From Macrostomum lignano (taxonomy: Eukaryota), in assembly GCA_002269645.1 (NCBI GenBank), contig NIVC01001978.1:62001-126000 (forward strand): a stretch of 64,000 bases of DNA, read 5' to 3'. Of this stretch, positions 59,901-64,000 are shown piece by piece. Every line of letters starts with the position of its first letter. Positions within the stretch are counted from its first letter, which is position 1. Below the pieces are notes generated by a model. That model was given only the letters and a program-made list of their open reading frames with translations. It was not told the DNA's origin and did no database searches. Both the position numbers and the translations under genes were made by a program.

Positions 59901-60038
59901 CTGCCCTACACTAAACTTGGGCCCGTGCTGTTTGTGCAACTCTCGATTTAATGCCTGATAGCCGCCATAGCTGCCCGGCCTACTGCAGTCGAAATAAATA
60001 CCTGGCAGAAGGTTGGAAATTGCCTTTTTCTTTTTCAT
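59901..60038 (-). CDS. Maverick integrase exon 1
   Basis: MKKKKAISNLLPGIYFDCSRPGSYGGYQAL...GQ then GTATGT donor; a 95-bp phase-0 intron (59806-59900) joins it in frame to exon 2. Confidence 0.85.
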
Positions 60039-60149
60039 TTTACCAAATTTCTAGTACCTATCATTTTCTTATGCCAAACACCCGGCTTGAAAAAAAAAAA
60101 CTACCCACCCCCACCCATTTCTGCGGATTTAGCGTTTCTAGCCTCTGTT

Positions 60150-60465
60150 GTGCACGAAAAAGCATGCATGTTTGCACAAAATACATACATTTCAATGGGA
60201 ATTTTTACCCGAATGTGTGCACAAAAAACCTCGACACTTTGCATACTTTTTAACACTGTGCACGAAAACTTGCATACTTGTGCACAAAATACATACATTT
60301 CAATGAGGATTTTTACTCGGACCTGTGCATGAAAATTGACGCATGTTGTCAAAAAATTCACGCCGTATTGAATACTTTTAATCACTGGACGAAAACTTGC
60401 CCACTTGTGCATAAAACACATGTATTTCAATGGGGATTTTTAACCTTTTTAAGTGCATGAAATTT
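60150..60465. repeat. Three imperfect ~110-125-bp repeats with GTGCAC palindromes in the pPolB-integrase spacer
   Basis: TGTGCAC-AAAA...ACATTTCAATG.GGATTTTTA recurs at ~60150, 60257 and 60385. Confidence 0.7.
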
Positions 60466-60870
60466 TACATTGTTTTACACGAATTAATTTTACACAAAAA
60501 CTAGTATCTCGATTTGAATTTAGTTTGTTTTATACATTATTTTATCGACAGTTTTAAACCCTTTTTACTCGTACTTTATGAAAATAAATGAATAAAAAAT
60601 TTTCTTTTTACCAACCTCAACTCAAACTAACATGTATACATTTCGTGTTTATTAAAAAAAGTGCCATAATTCCTCGTTAGTAATTAAAAATCAGCAAATG
60701 AAATGTACAAAAATGCAACGCACACATTGACAGTATTATAGGCCAAAACATTATGATTATATTAAAAATGGTATCAATGGTATTTTTATTATCTAGACAG
60801 CAGAATAAAACAAAACATCATCGTTATTATCAATAAACAAGGTAGGTACGAGTTTCGTATTCAGAAAAAT

Positions 60871-63800
60871 CTAGTCAAACGGGCAGGGTCGCTTTCGCTT
60901 CTCTGCCTCTAGACGCCAGTGGCCGTAGGGTAGGCTCTGATTTGCCGCGAGCCATGCCCTCTTGTCCTCCCAAAACGAGAGTGCGCGTTTCAAGGTGGCA
61001 GTGGTAAACAACTCATGATGCTCACTGGCAATACGACGCGTCAGCCAGGACTTTTCTTCCATTTTCATCAAAGTTTCGCAGTAGTCGGCGTGGCAGATTT
61101 CATTTTGCACTACAGATCGCTGCACACCCTTAGCACGACGCTTGTCCTTGGAGGAGTTTACTGCAGCGAAGGAATAGAGCTTGGGTCGCAACAGGATCCA
61201 CTCATAAAAGTTCGCTGTACCATCGCTCTCATCCTTTACACAGCCTAACCTTGCTTTGCGTTCGCAAGTATACAAGCAATGGTCCTTGGGATAATTAGAG
61301 GTGTCCAGCAGCTCCATTTCGCACAGTTTAGGCAGAAACCATCGCTCGCCATCAGCATTCTTTAAGTGGAGGAAGAAAGAGTCAGTGTCACCGCCGAGCA
61401 GACTGAGGCTCGCACACGGTAACTGATTGACCAGCGGAAGCAGCTTATCATACCACAAGCTGTACATAATGAGTTTGCTGTTATCAAGGACACACTGTCC
61501 GATGTACACCGGTTTGTTGAGCTCGACTGTTGTCTTGCGCATGTGGACGAGAACAAGATTCTCATTAAATATCTCTTGATCTTCAAAGTTAGGTTTAGCT
61601 GCGAGCTTCTCCAACTTCTCTGCTGAGTTGACCAGGCGGTAGTCGACGCGTTTGCGCACGTTCTCCATGGTCTTTCCAAACAGAGAGTTGTTCAGCAGCT
61701 TATTATAATCCTTTTCAAACTCATTTTTGGCTTGTGCACGCCGCTCACTATTACGTCGAATGTAAGGCTCGAGTACTGCTGCTTGCTGAAAGCGAACAAT
61801 GCAGTGGACAGTACGCAGCCTAAGACCTAGACGGAGATAAAACTGTAGGATTCTGGCGTGTACAACATAGCTGGTTTTATCAAAGCATGTCAACATCAAC
61901 TTGTCGCCTCCTGAATTATATCCTCCGCAAGAGAGCCTCTGTCTAGAAAGTAGTTCCCAGAGCTGCTGCTGATGCGGCGGCATCCATTCCCATTGAGGCT
62001 GCGCCTTCTCTGGAGCAAGGGGCAAGTCTGATGTCTTGTCGTGCAACTCTGGGGGTAATGGAGATCAACCTTTAGCAGGTATCCAACATCGCCCTCTGGG
62101 TCAAACTCATCCCTGATCCATCTCTCAACCTCATTGTTTGGTGGTACAGTGTCAAGCATTGGAACCCACACCATGGCAGTTTGGTGGACAAGGCGTGTCC
62201 GTAGAGGTTGTTGGCGTCGATGGGGATAAGATAGGTTTGAGGTTGATGCGAATCATACAGCTCACCGAGTCCGGGATGGTTGGCTTTGGCTCTGTGTGTG
62301 TTGACAAATGTCATACCACCACGAGTACCCTCTTCAAATAAGCTGTACAACTCTGGACATTGCAGCAATTCAAGCTCCAATTTACAGTACTTAAGCGCTG
62401 CTTCGAAAGACATTCCCGGCGTCGTTATAAAATGCACTGGGTCTAGCCCATCCGAAGTGAGGCTCATTCGACGAAACGCCTCGAACACATCGGCGAGCTG
62501 GCGAATGTCCATTTCTAGGTATGCAAGCATGTAGTCGCGCAGTGTCTTACATCCAAACTCTCTCCAGGCACGCTGGGCAGTTGCATAGTCCTGATCATTG
62601 CAAGGCTCATTGTTCAAGTCGTTAGCAAAAGCTTCTTGGGATGGGAGCTGTTGCTCATCTAAATTCGAATCACTAGTTACATAGGAATAGGGGAACACCC
62701 CCTTTCGCAGTAGGACTTCGGTGGAGGCGAGTGGATATCGCTGCTGCATCTCCATCGTGTAGTGACAGTCTACCGGGGTTAGATTGCGCACTAATTGAGC
62801 AAGACTCGACGCCATGAATTGGAAAGAGTCGAGAAAACGCAGACGCATGAATTTTGGCACCAAGCGATCTTTAGATGAGTCATAGACCGACTCAATAGGT
62901 ATACGGGCCTCTAGAGTCATGTAACGCTCCTTTGTTTGTGCAATGACACTTAGTTCCCAATGTTTCATACGACCGATCACCGTGCTGCACAACAAGTGTG
63001 AATCATAACCTCGGAAATTGTGAAAAAAGATTGGAAGAAAGTCGCGCTTGAGAACAGCTGACTCATTACACGACGGGCATGCAGCACCCAAAAACTTGCC
63101 ATTGAGATGATCATGATGAAAGTGGCGATCGTCATCAAGAACTTTCTCGCACAAGCAGCAATGAGTGGCAGTCTGGAACTGCTCTTCCTCCTGGACAGAG
63201 CGATTGGCAGGGTAATGACTATGTCGCGCATTCCACTTGTATGCTGCAATGGCGACAGCCTCCAGTACCTGTAGGAAGTGCATCATGCACTCATCCGACT
63301 TTGAAAACAGCTGCATAGGACGTTCGGAGAGTGGAGGCCCAGCTACGTCACTTCTTTGGACAATAAGGAATCCGGCAGCGGCTGGAAGGTGGTGTGCAGT
63401 CTTAAAGGTAACACAGCCATCTAGCTCATCGTCTATGGGGGACATCATTGCTTCAAAATCTGCATAGATGACATGAGGTGGGGAGAGTGTTTTGTGCCAT
63501 GCCTTGAATCGTAGTGTTTTATCCTTTGGCATCACCTCCTCCATGCTATCCTTACGGCCAATGCACCGCCGTCTATGAACGGATAGAGACTCAACCGTCC
63601 GGAACTTGCCTAGACAGCGATCGCACCAACGATATCTATGCGCGTCATGACTGTTCATTAGACGATCTAGGTTAGCAATAGCACACCAATGGTTGCCGGC
63701 ATCAGTGGTAACCAATAGAAGCAGGATCAATCGATGAGGTCGCCATTCGTGAATGAGATCTGCTGGGGCTGGGCGTAAGCACTGGGCATGGCCGTTAGTC

Positions 63801-64000
63801 CAGTTGAAGGCCGAGATAGCCAATCCTGGATTGTTCTTTTCCACTCGACCCAGGTCATTCACGTTGGCAGGGAAAGGAACGTTGTCCCAACGGAGTTCGT
63901 CTTCCCACTCCCGGAAAGTGAAGCGTCGCAAAGGCTTCTCACTGCTGACACGGTCTGCGTGCAATGCAGACAGAACGGCATATTTCAGACAGTCGTTCCC
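60871..64000 (-). CDS. polB: Protein-primed family B DNA polymerase (5' end outside window; 1-bp frameshifts at ~62157 and 62051-62055)
   Basis: YADFE (Exo I), HNFRGYDSH (Exo II), endonuclease-VII-like C..C...HDH..G..LG.AC..CN, DANNLYG, KLLNNSLFGK, GDTDS, LGCVKDE, LRPKLYS, KRRAKGV. Confidence 0.95.

Larger units (their letters stand above)
51372..64000 (-). mobile_element. Maverick/Polinton (polinton-like endogenous dsDNA virus), left ~12.6 kb; continues beyond the window
   Basis: Core set of pPolB, integrase, minor and major capsid, adenain protease and packaging ATPase; candidate terminus AGTAGTAGG at 51372. Confidence 0.93.

Noticed and set aside
59806-59912. TA-flanked GTGT...ACAC insertion (MITE) interrupting the integrase
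   Set aside because: Only a 6-bp inverted match; a canonical GTATGT...AG intron explains the interruption and restores the frame exactly.

Overview
Eukaryotic (metazoan) genomic DNA: GT-AG spliceosomal introns, ciliary genes and introns packed with minisatellites. The style resembles a flatworm such as Macrostomum, but that is inference only. Host genes: last exon of B9D2, a complete 5-exon DAW1/ODA16, two tandem GGACT-like paralogues (one with an in-frame TGA), a divergent 3-exon tetraspanin-like gene, tRNA-Asp(GTC), an orphan ORF, and a ~6.8 kb apparently intronless RRM-14xCCCH-DEAH helicase-RING/IBR-ADP-ribosyltransferase-WWE fusion gene with two lesions. Mobile DNA: a very young miniature LTR element, two hAT MITEs, and Gypsy, mariner and non-LTR remnants. 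From ~51372 to the window end lies a Maverick/Polinton endogenous virus (pPolB, spliced integrase, minor and major capsid, adenain protease, packaging ATPase, accessory ORFs). It also encodes its own divergent TATA-binding-protein homologue and has recurring TATA-like YATAAGAA motifs upstream of several genes. Almost all frameshifts are 1-bp indels in homopolymers, so the element may be intact. Most long ORFs in the supplied track between 1 and 46 kb are tandem-repeat artefacts.
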